A stretch of DNA of 64,000 nt from Candidatus Hydrogenedentota bacterium (GTDB lineage: Bacteria > Hydrogenedentota > Hydrogenedentia > Hydrogenedentales > SLHB01). The notes under the pieces were generated by a model. That model had not been told where the DNA came from, searched no databases, and saw only the letters and a list, made by a program, of their open reading frames with translations. The translations under genes were made by a program, and so were the position numbers. The stretch is taken from NCBI GenBank assembly GCA_052033955.1, contig JBPOJD010000030.1:33679-97678 (forward strand). Reading direction: 5' to 3'. Within the stretch, counting starts at the first letter, position 1, and each line of letters starts with the position of its first letter. This document shows positions 9,685 to 17,292 of the stretch, piece by piece.

Positions 9685-11037
9685 TTGACGCCGGAAAACC
9701 ACCCGCTCAAAGGCGCGCAGGGAGCGCAGCATATCGGCCACCTCCTGGTGGAGGACGGCCTGATCAGCCAGGACGGGCTCGATCGGGCGCTGGCGGCGCA
9801 GAAGCAGCATCAGGGCAACCTGGTGGACATCCTGATCGCCCAAGGTGCGGTCGATTACCGGACCTTCGCCCAGTTCCTTTCCCGCCAGAAGCGCCAGGCC
9901 AGCATCGAGCTGTCCCGCTACGAACTGCGCCCGGAGGTCATTGCCCTCGTGCCGTCCGCGTTCGCGTTGCAGCACGAAGTCGTGCCGATCGACCGGCTGG
10001 GCAATCTGCTCACCGTCGGCGCCGTCCGCCCGCTGAGTGCCGGCGTCGAGGAGGAGCTGAAGAACCTGACGGACCTGAGCGTCAAGACCCTGTTGTGCGC
10101 GCCGGGCGACGTCCGGAGCGTGATCAAGCGCTACTATGGGGGCGGGGACGCGGTTCCGGCGGCGCGGGCGGACGCCGAGACGGCCGATCTCGAGAGTCCG
10201 CTGCGGTTGGGCGGTGTAGCCCAGTTGCTCCGGCGGCTGGACAGCCTGCCGACCCTGCCCACCACGGTGCAGCGTGTGCGCGAGATGCTTGACGACCCCG
10301 CGGCGGGCGCCGGCGACGTGGCCCGGGTCATCTCGAACGACCCGCCGATCGCCGCCAGACTGCTCAGCGTGGCGAACTCCGCCGCCTACGGCCTGCGCCA
10401 CCACGTCGACACGGTCGGCCTCGCGGTAACCGTGCTGGGACTCAAGGAGACCTACGGACTGGTGCTGTGCACCTCCGTGATTGACCTGCTTCGCGGCAAC
10501 ACGGTCTTCGACTACCGGTCCTTCTGGTTCGAATCGGTGTGTTGCGCCAACATCGCGACCGCCATCGCCCGGCGCTATGCCCGGGAGAAACGGTCCGGGA
10601 TCTTCTCGGCCGGGCTCCTGCACGACATTGGCCGGCTCGCGTTGAGCCAGGTCGCGCCCGAGCACTACGGCCAGATCGACCGTGAACTGCGTGGTCCCCG
10701 GCTCAGGCAGTGCGAGGAGGAGCGGATCGGCATTGCCCACACCGAGGCCGGGTACCAACTGGCCGTCCAGTGGGGCCTGCCGCCCGACATCGCCGAGGCG
10801 ATCCGGTTCCACCACGCCCCCGCGTTCGCCCAGGAGAACCGCGATCTGGTGGCCATGGTGGCGATTGCCGACGCGGTGGCCGTGTCGCAGCGGCCGGGCA
10901 GCGACGACAGACAACCCGATTTCGCGGCCTGCCGGGAGAGTCTGGAGGTGCTGGGCCTGAGCGAGGCAGACGTCATGGAGGTGCTGACGAAGGGCCCGGA
11001 CCACGACGCCGTGGACGTCTTTGTCTCGCCCAATTAG
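9685..11037 (+). CDS. MshEN (GspE/MshE N-terminal, c-di-GMP-binding type) domain fused to an HDOD domain.
   Basis: The N-terminus has two tandem MshEN-like motifs ('IGHLLVEDGLISQDGLDRALAAQ' and 'LVDILIAQGAVDYRTFAQFLSRQ'). The C-terminal ~280 aa match HDOD ('LPTLPTTVQRVREML...', 'GLLHDIGRLAL', 'IAHTEAGYQLAVQWGLP', 'AIRFHH'). Confidence 0.75.
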   Translation: MTPENHPLKGAQGAQHIGHLLVEDGLISQDGLDRALAAQKQHQGNLVDILIAQGAVDYRTFAQFLSRQKRQASIELSRYELRPEVIALVPSAFALQHEVVPIDRLGNLLTVGAVRPLSAGVEEELKNLTDLSVKTLLCAPGDVRSVIKRYYGGGDAVPAARADAETADLESPLRLGGVAQLLRRLDSLPTLPTTVQRVREMLDDPAAGAGDVARVISNDPPIAARLLSVANSAAYGLRHHVDTVGLAVTVLGLKETYGLVLCTSVIDLLRGNTVFDYRSFWFESVCCANIATAIARRYAREKRSGIFSAGLLHDIGRLALSQVAPEHYGQIDRELRGPRLRQCEEERIGIAHTEAGYQLAVQWGLPPDIAEAIRFHHAPAFAQENRDLVAMVAIADAVAVSQRPGSDDRQPDFAACRESLEVLGLSEADVMEVLTKGPDHDAVDVFVSPN

Positions 11038-11079
11038 AGCATGAACCGGGCCAGGCATCGTGTCGCACGGTTTCCGTAC

Positions 11080-11350
11080 GGGCGGGTTTGAAACCCGCCC
11101 CTACAAGACGAGATGCGCAACCCCGTGCCGACGCGTTACAAACCCGCCCCCGCAAAACGAGACGCGTGACCCCGTGCGGACGCGTTACAAACCCGCCCCC
11201 GCAAAACGAGACGCGTGACCCCGTGCCGACGGGCTGCAAACCCGCCCCCGCAAAATGTGACATGCGAACCCTGTAGGGGCGGGTTTCAAACCCGCCCCCG
11301 CGAGGCATAGGAAACCAATCACACATCCGGTTTCAAACCCGCCCCTGCAT
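11080..11350. repeat. Degenerate tandem repeat array of about six copies with a ~49-bp period, flanked by and containing GC-rich palindromes (GGGGCGGGTTT[G/C]AAACCCGCCCC).
   Basis: The core 'AAACCCGCCCC' recurs at 11091, 11140, 11189, 11238, 11288 and 11335. Copies 2 and 3 are nearly identical and the outer copies are diverged. The array lies in the convergent intergenic space between the 9685..11037 (+) gene and the 11369..12049 (-) gene. Confidence 0.8.
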
Positions 11351-11368
11351 CCGGCCTGGCGTGGCCAA

Positions 11369-12013
11369 TCAGGCGGGAGGCACGGCGGTTTCGATGCGGG
11401 TGGGCGACGCCTCGTTCGCGATCTGCTGGAGGTAGCGCAGGCACGCCTCGTCATCCCAACGCGCGCCGCTTTCATAGCGGAAGGCAATCCGGTCATCGGG
11501 CGTGAGGATGAAGGTCGTCGGGGTGCCACGGCCCTTGTACGCCTCGGGACGCGGCCCGGATGCCAGCAAGATGGGTACGGTCAGTCCCTGCTGTTCCACG
11601 ACGGCCCGGATTTCGGTCGTGAACGCCGCCATGTCCTCGTCCTTTTCCTTCTCGGCCACGCACCAGAAGACGACGTCCTCCTCCGCAGCCTTCTCGTAGA
11701 GGTCCTGGATGTGCGGCAGGGTCGCGATGCAGTAGGGACAGTGCGGATGCCAGAAAGTGAGAAAGACCGTCTGTCCCTGAAGCTGCCGCGCGGACACGGG
11801 CTCGCCCGTCTCCAGATCGGTGACGTCCCAGTCGTAGGCGGCGGGCGCATCGGGAAACGCCGGCGCCTTCAGGCGTGCCGCGGCGCGCTTGACAAGAAAC
11901 CGGTAACCGGTGTCCGTGCGGGTCATCCCGACCACCAGCAGCGCCTCCACGAACAGCACCAGCAGCATGCCGGCGACCAGGCCGCAAGCGAAGAGGAGTT
12001 TTGGGCGTTTCAT
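11369..12013 (-). CDS. TlpA/ResA-like membrane-anchored thioredoxin-fold protein with a CPYC active site.
   Basis: The active site reads 'WHPHCPYC', and the N-terminal TM/signal is 'MKRPKLLFACGLVAGMLLVLFV'. The track ORF extends to 12049 with an Arg-rich leader. A start at 12013 is more plausible. Confidence 0.7.
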   Translation of the reverse strand: MKRPKLLFACGLVAGMLLVLFVEALLVVGMTRTDTGYRFLVKRAAARLKAPAFPDAPAAYDWDVTDLETGEPVSARQLQGQTVFLTFWHPHCPYCIATLPHIQDLYEKAAEEDVVFWCVAEKEKDEDMAAFTTEIRAVVEQQGLTVPILLASGPRPEAYKGRGTPTTFILTPDDRIAFRYESGARWDDEACLRYLQQIANEASPTRIETAVPPA

Positions 12014-12089
12014 GGGAACCATTCTACGTCGCGCGCGGCGGCGGCGCAAGAAGCAGGCGCCGCCCCGCCCGCGTCATCCGGGTGCCCCG

Positions 12090-13265
12090 TCAGAACCGCA
12101 ACACCGCCCCGATCCCGTCCGCGCTGCGCGTAAGGTCCTCAGCGGCATCCTCCCGCATCTGCTCGACCATGCCGCCGCTCCGCGCGACCTCCTCGACCAG
12201 CCGCTCGATCAGGTCGTCGACGCCGCGCACCGCGCCCCCGCACTCCGGGCACTGGTCCGGCACGGCGGGTGACAGTCTGCCGCAGTCCGTGCATTCGGCG
12301 CCATTTGCCTCGAAACCCTCGGCGTACACGAGCGACTGGACGCGGTGCCCGGACACGGCCTCCACGGTCGGCGGCAGGCCAATGACCGCGTGATTGCGTT
12401 TGCGGGCCAAGGTGAGAAGCCGCTGCAACAGATCGCGTTCGGTGCTGCGCTCGTAGTCGCGGATGATGGGCCGCGTCGCGTCCAAGAGATCCTTGTCGGC
12501 AGCGGTCACGGCCATGGCAGTCGATCCGATGACGCGGTCGCGCATGCGGTCGCTCAAGAGCCGCTGCAATTCACTGGTGGTCTCGACCGGACCGGCAAGG
12601 ACGATGCGGCTGAACTCCTGACGCCGCCCGAAGTCGTCCATGATCTCCGCCACCCGCTTCAAATGTGAGCGCGCGTGCTCGTCGGCCTTGCGCTGTAACT
12701 GCATCTGGGACCACATCTGGTCCTTGCCCGACGCGTCGAAGCGTTTCACGTCGCCTTCGGCGGCGGTCTCCTCATACTCCTCAATTTCGTCGAACATGAC
12801 TGTGAACAGCCTCGCCTGGGCCCGGTCCGCGAGGATGATCCCGTAGCGCTCATGCTCGTCACGCGCCTCGATCAGGGGGCGCACATGGGGCCGGGCCGCC
12901 CAGCGCGCCGAGGTCTCGAGCGGCAACCGCAGGCTGCCGTGCCACTGGAACCCGTCGGAATGGTTGGCGACATAGAGGAGTGTGCGGCCCACCGGGCTGT
13001 AGCTCTTGACAAACTTCGTGCAGATCTCGGCGTCGCGGGCAAATTCCTTGCGTTCTGCGCCGCTCAGATCCTCCTCGATGCCGCGCAACACGTTGTGCAG
13101 CGCGACCTCAAAGCCCCGGTTCAGATTGGGGGCGTAGCCCTGGTTGACGTTCAGGTAGACCGTCAGTACGTGCGACCCCGCCGGGGCCGCGTAACCGAGC
13201 AGCCGCTTCAACTCGTCATCGGTTATCATGGGCATCTCCTGACATGGCTGTTGGTGTTGCGCCAC
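12090..13265 (-). CDS. eRF1/Pelota (Dom34)-like protein, a bacterial 'baeRF'-type, with an inserted C4 zinc ribbon; it has no GGQ motif.
   Basis: The central and C-terminal domains are collinear with eRF1 domains 2-3. 'IILADRAQARLFTV' matches eRF1 'FIVIDGSGALFGTL', 'RIVLAGPVETTSEL' matches 'GLVLAGSADFKTEL', and the C-terminal 'GIGAVLRF' matches 'GIGGILRY'. The GGQ position reads 'SGKDQ'. The insert is 'CTDCG-x10-CPECGG'. Confidence 0.75.
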   Translation of the reverse strand: MAQHQQPCQEMPMITDDELKRLLGYAAPAGSHVLTVYLNVNQGYAPNLNRGFEVALHNVLRGIEEDLSGAERKEFARDAEICTKFVKSYSPVGRTLLYVANHSDGFQWHGSLRLPLETSARWAARPHVRPLIEARDEHERYGIILADRAQARLFTVMFDEIEEYEETAAEGDVKRFDASGKDQMWSQMQLQRKADEHARSHLKRVAEIMDDFGRRQEFSRIVLAGPVETTSELQRLLSDRMRDRVIGSTAMAVTAADKDLLDATRPIIRDYERSTERDLLQRLLTLARKRNHAVIGLPPTVEAVSGHRVQSLVYAEGFEANGAECTDCGRLSPAVPDQCPECGGAVRGVDDLIERLVEEVARSGGMVEQMREDAAEDLTRSADGIGAVLRF

Positions 13266-13361
13266 GCACCTCTGGACTCGCCATAGATAACAGAAAAGAC
13301 GCCGTGCTCCATTCGCTCCGGCGCGCCATCGCCGGAACGTATAGGTTCTTTACAATGGAAC

Positions 13362-13398
13362 GGGGCCGCCACGGGTCCAATGGTCCCATGGCGGCCCC
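13362..13398 (-). terminator. GC-rich imperfect palindrome downstream of the alpha-mannosidase stop.
   Basis: GGGGCCGCCA...TGGCGGCCCC forms 10-bp arms with an internal loop. It lies just 3' of the GH38 gene stop on the minus strand. Confidence 0.4.
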
Positions 13399-13417
13399 GG
13401 TGTGGCCTGTCAGCCGG

Positions 13418-16213
13418 TTACATGGTCAACTCGACCGTCACGATGGCGCCCTTGGGGGCCGGGATCTCGACTGCCCCGTCCTTCAGCTTCAGGTCGCGGT
13501 CGGGCTCTTCGCTGAGCTTGAGCAGCCGCGCCTGCTTCACCGGGAGCGCCACGCGCAAGGTCGCCTTGGCATCCTTCCCGGTGGGATTGAAGAACCGCAC
13601 GATGACCGCGTCGCGCTCATCGGCCTTCTTCACCGCGCTCAGAACGACGCTGTCGCCGTCGAGACTCAGGAAGCTGTGCTCCGCCGGGAACTGGCCCTCC
13701 TGCCGGCCGAACTGGCAGGCGCGCAGCGGGGTATTGAACGCGAGCGCCGAGGGATAGAGGCCGGCCTTGTCCCACATCTTGGTATGGGGCTGCAACGCAT
13801 AGCGGTACCGGAACGAACGCAGCGACTGCGCGCTTTCGTCGCCGGGATATTCCATCCACAGGCGGTTGTCGCACGGGATCCGCAGCCGGACGCCGCGGAC
13901 CAGACCCATCGCCAGCGTGCCCGTCTCGTCGTGCTCGAGCACTTCGTAATCTTTGGCGGCATCGCTCAGCACCGCGAGCCCGTTCTTGCCGTCGAAGAGG
14001 TCGAACCACAGTTGTGCCGGATGACGCGCCAGCGCGGGACCCCGCAGCTCGGCGTTCCGGCCGGGCGCCACGGGAAATTCCGTCACCGTGAACGCGCCCT
14101 CGGCCCAGGTCTTTTCCGCCTGGAGCCCGGTCGGGAAACACACCTTGAGATAGTGGTCCCGGGCGCGGTTGTCGATTTCGGTCTCGACTTCCAGGTAGGG
14201 CTGGCCCTTGCGGAGCGTGGCGCGCACCTGTACCGGCACCGCAACCGTCGCCTCGCTGCGCCGCTGGGCGGTCCAGTCGTAGGAGGCGGGCAGATGCAGC
14301 GTCTGCCGCACGTCGAAGACCACCGCCAGGGGACCGCTGACCGCGATGGCGACCTGCGCCGGCTGGCCCAGGCTGCGGATCACGGCGTCGTTCGCGGGCG
14401 GGTCGGACATCCACATGTTGCCGGTCTCGCCCTGGTCCAGGAAGTAGTTCAGCGACGGGTAGACGTGGCCCGTGGCCTTGTCGGTCAGGTCAAAGGTGCC
14501 GTCGGCGTTGGCGCGGACCCGTACCAGGTCGTTCTCCGCCTGATTGGGACCGCTCAGCAGGCTGTCGGCCAGGATGCGCGGCGGGTCCCAGTCCTCGTGC
14601 GGGTAAGGATACTCGTTCTTCTGCTCCCATTTGAGCTTGAAGACCTTGTGACCCATCGCCGGGACATTGGCGGCCTCGAAATAGAGGTGCACCTTCGTGC
14701 AGTAGAACGGCATGTTGCGCGAGCGCGGGTGATACACGCCCGCCCGGGTCTGCTGGCGGCCGGCTTCCTGCACGGCGACCGGGTTGCCGTCGAGATCCTC
14801 AATCACGACATGCTTGAGCTGCACGTCGGCGGGCACGTCCACATACGCCTCGACGACCTCGGTCCGGGCAACGGCCGAGGGGTTGTGCACGGCCAGGAAG
14901 TACTCGCAGTCCTCGATGCCGCTCGTGTCGATTTCCTTGGTGATGTTCTCGAGCCCCTTGCGCAGCAGTCCCTTCGAAATGACGTGCGCCTGCTTGAGAC
15001 GTCCGAGTTCGCCTTCCGCCAGCGTGACGGGGCCGAGCCCGTGGAGCGAATCGTGCGCGTGGCTCTGGAAGAGCAGCCGCCAGATCTTTTCCAGGTAGGT
15101 GGCGGGATAGGAACTGATGCCGTGCGCCCAGGCGATCGTCGAGAGGGGTTCGGCCCAGCGCAGCAGCGCGTTCTCGGTGTGGCTGTTCTCGATCAGCATC
15201 TCCGGGTGAACCGACATGACGTCGGTGTGGACCGCGCCCACCGGGCCGTCGCGCATCGCGCCGCGGACGACGTCGAGGTCCTTGCGGCCCTGGAGCTTCT
15301 CGCGCAGTTCGGCCAGGTAATCGCCCAGACGGCTCTGGATGATCTCGTGGTCCGGGAACAGCTTCTGAATCTCGGCGTAGACCTGCGGGCTGAGCGGGTG
15401 CGGCTCGGTGAAGTCGGTGCCGTCGAAGAACAGGACCGACTCCGGCATGGCCGTCGACTGGACGGTCTTCAGCGTGCGCTCCATGCCTTCCTTGATACGG
15501 GTCGGGTGGTAGGCCGTTTCCGGGTCGAGGATTTCGTAGAACCACCCCCGGCCTTCCGGATCCGCCGTGTGGAAGACCTTGCCCAGGTCGCCCCACGTGT
15601 ACCGCCACTCCTTGTGCCACGGGTCGCGGTCGTACATGATCGGAATATGCCCGGCGAAGAAGAAATTCCAGCGGGCCTCGGGTCCCAGGCGCGAGGCCAG
15701 CGCCCGCGTGCCGTCCGGACCCTCCCAGATGAACTCCGGGTATTTCGTCCGGCTCGCGTCCATGTATTTGTAGAAGATGATCGTGTCGATGCCGAACTGG
15801 GCATAGATCTGCGGCAACTGGGCGATCTGGCCAAAACTGAAGACGTTGTAGCCGCAGCGCATCGCGCCGCCGCACTGATCGGCCCGCTTGAGGCCGTAGG
15901 CGAGATTGCGCACCACCGACTCGCCGTTCACCGGCGCGCAATCCGGCAGGGTGAACCACGGGCCGGCCTCGAGGCGGCCTTCCCGCACCAGCCGCTCGAT
16001 CGTGGTGCGCTTCTCGGGCCGGATCTCCAGGTAATCCTCGACAAGCGTGAACTGGCCGTCCAGCATGAAGGATTTGTAGTCCGGGTCCGATTCCATGATG
16101 TCCAGCAGATGATCCAGACAATCGACCAGCCGCATCCGCGTCCGTTCGAACTCCCACCGGAACTCGCGGTCCCAGTGGGTATAGCGCACAATATGTACCC
16201 GGGTCCTAGCCAT
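13418..16213 (-). CDS. Glycoside hydrolase family 38 alpha-mannosidase.
   Basis: The protein has the GH38 N-terminal catalytic domain ('HIVRYTHWDREFRWEFE', 'GPWFTLPDCAPVNGESVVRNLAYG') and the central and C-terminal GH38 domains. I moved the start from the track's 16339 to the ATG at 16213 (MARTRVHIV...). Confidence 0.85.
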   Translation of the reverse strand: MARTRVHIVRYTHWDREFRWEFERTRMRLVDCLDHLLDIMESDPDYKSFMLDGQFTLVEDYLEIRPEKRTTIERLVREGRLEAGPWFTLPDCAPVNGESVVRNLAYGLKRADQCGGAMRCGYNVFSFGQIAQLPQIYAQFGIDTIIFYKYMDASRTKYPEFIWEGPDGTRALASRLGPEARWNFFFAGHIPIMYDRDPWHKEWRYTWGDLGKVFHTADPEGRGWFYEILDPETAYHPTRIKEGMERTLKTVQSTAMPESVLFFDGTDFTEPHPLSPQVYAEIQKLFPDHEIIQSRLGDYLAELREKLQGRKDLDVVRGAMRDGPVGAVHTDVMSVHPEMLIENSHTENALLRWAEPLSTIAWAHGISSYPATYLEKIWRLLFQSHAHDSLHGLGPVTLAEGELGRLKQAHVISKGLLRKGLENITKEIDTSGIEDCEYFLAVHNPSAVARTEVVEAYVDVPADVQLKHVVIEDLDGNPVAVQEAGRQQTRAGVYHPRSRNMPFYCTKVHLYFEAANVPAMGHKVFKLKWEQKNEYPYPHEDWDPPRILADSLLSGPNQAENDLVRVRANADGTFDLTDKATGHVYPSLNYFLDQGETGNMWMSDPPANDAVIRSLGQPAQVAIAVSGPLAVVFDVRQTLHLPASYDWTAQRRSEATVAVPVQVRATLRKGQPYLEVETEIDNRARDHYLKVCFPTGLQAEKTWAEGAFTVTEFPVAPGRNAELRGPALARHPAQLWFDLFDGKNGLAVLSDAAKDYEVLEHDETGTLAMGLVRGVRLRIPCDNRLWMEYPGDESAQSLRSFRYRYALQPHTKMWDKAGLYPSALAFNTPLRACQFGRQEGQFPAEHSFLSLDGDSVVLSAVKKADERDAVIVRFFNPTGKDAKATLRVALPVKQARLLKLSEEPDRDLKLKDGAVEIPAPKGAIVTVELTM

Positions 16214-16331
16214 ACACGCGTTCTCCTGAAAAACGGGGGAAAGATTGCGGTTCAAAGGCCATGCTGTATAACATGACCAACAAAAGGATGCAACGTTTTG
16301 GCCGCGGCCCCGCGACGCCGGCCCTCGGGAG

Positions 16332-16808
16332 ATGCCCATGAGCGACCAGCCGAAGTACCACTACACCGCCGGCGGCGTCGTGCTCGACGTCCAGCGGCGG
16401 ATGCTCGTACTCGAGCGCGACGTGCCCCGCGACGGCCAGATCATACACGAAGTCCGCCTGCCCAAGGGCCACCTTGACCCTGGCGAAACCGACGACGTGG
16501 CCGCCCTCCGCGAGGTCTGGGAGGAATCGGGTTACGGCGGCGTCGAGATCATCGGCGACCTGGGCGTCGCGCGGAGCGAATTCGCGTTCCAAGGCCGCCA
16601 ACACGTCCGCGACGAGCATTATTTCATCATGCGCCTGCTCGAGAGTTCCCGCACCGGCCGCCCACCCCATCCCGATTCCGAGGAGGCCCTGTTCGAGCCC
16701 GTATGGGTCGACGTGGAAGACGCCGAATCCCTCCTGACCTACCCGACCGAACAGGAATTCGCCCGCCGCGCCCTCGGCTGGCTGCGCGCCCATCCCGAGT
16801 GCCTGTAA
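16332..16808 (+). CDS. NUDIX hydrolase.
   Basis: The Nudix box is 'GHLDPGETDDVAALREVWEESG'. The protein is 158 aa. Confidence 0.85.
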   Translation: MPMSDQPKYHYTAGGVVLDVQRRMLVLERDVPRDGQIIHEVRLPKGHLDPGETDDVAALREVWEESGYGGVEIIGDLGVARSEFAFQGRQHVRDEHYFIMRLLESSRTGRPPHPDSEEALFEPVWVDVEDAESLLTYPTEQEFARRALGWLRAHPECL

Positions 16809-17023
16809 CCCCCGCCGCGAACCAGAACTGGGGACGATGCACGCGGAGCGACGAAGGAGCGCGCACGGAAGCATCGGCGGTTTTCGTAACCCCAGGTGCC
16901 GTGCACCGGTAAGTCAGTATCCACATCCCATCTTCACGCTCTCCAGGGAAGGCGTAAGGCCTCGCGTATCGCTGAAACGAGGCAGGCGTCTTGATTGGAA
17001 GCTATCCCAAGACCGCCTCCTTC

Positions 17024-17105
17024 TGTCATTTCGAGCGATAGCGAGAAATCTCGTTCGCGCAATGTGGTTGAAGAGTCGAGATTCCTCACGTCGTTCGGAA
17101 TGACA
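17024..17105. other. Imperfect inverted repeat of 15-nt arms with G·U-compatible substitutions, inside an AT-richer 0.43-kb non-coding stretch; candidate structured RNA or regulatory element.
   Basis: TGTCATTTCGAGCGA pairs with TCGTTCGGAATGACA, and both mismatches are U·G/G·U compatible. An inner local hairpin CGAGAaaTCTCG is also present. Confidence 0.3.
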
Positions 17106-17292
17106 CAGGGGCGGTCATGGCGGGTCTTGGGAAAACCTCTGGTAATCTGCCCGGCTGTTTTGCTCAATTTACACCAAGGTTCGGAGGCGCGCTGCAATTC
17201 CGCAGGCGGGCTGCTATCATGTCGGAAATCACGCTGTGGTGCGGTCGGAACATTTCCTGAAGCCGCGGCAAGGCGCCGCAAAGGGACAACAC

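Noticed and set aside
8611-11058. This is an 815-aa minus-strand ORF.
   Set aside because: It lies antisense to the sigma54 regulator and the MshEN-HDOD gene, and no domain is recognisable. It is a GC artefact.
11080-11350. I considered a CRISPR array interpretation of the 49-bp periodic repeats.
   Set aside because: The whole 49-bp unit repeats, and 'spacers' 2 and 3 are nearly identical. The period is too short for a repeat plus a spacer, and no cas genes are nearby.
10710-11529. These are the ORFs 10710..11276 (+), 10973..11326 (-) and 11185..11529 (-), which cross the tandem repeat array.
   Set aside because: Their reading frames are created by the repeats and palindromes. The products are Pro/Arg/Gly-rich nonsense, and the region lies between convergent genes.
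13244-16276. This is a 1010-aa plus-strand ORF.
   Set aside because: It lies antisense to the GH38 alpha-mannosidase gene, which has clear family motifs.
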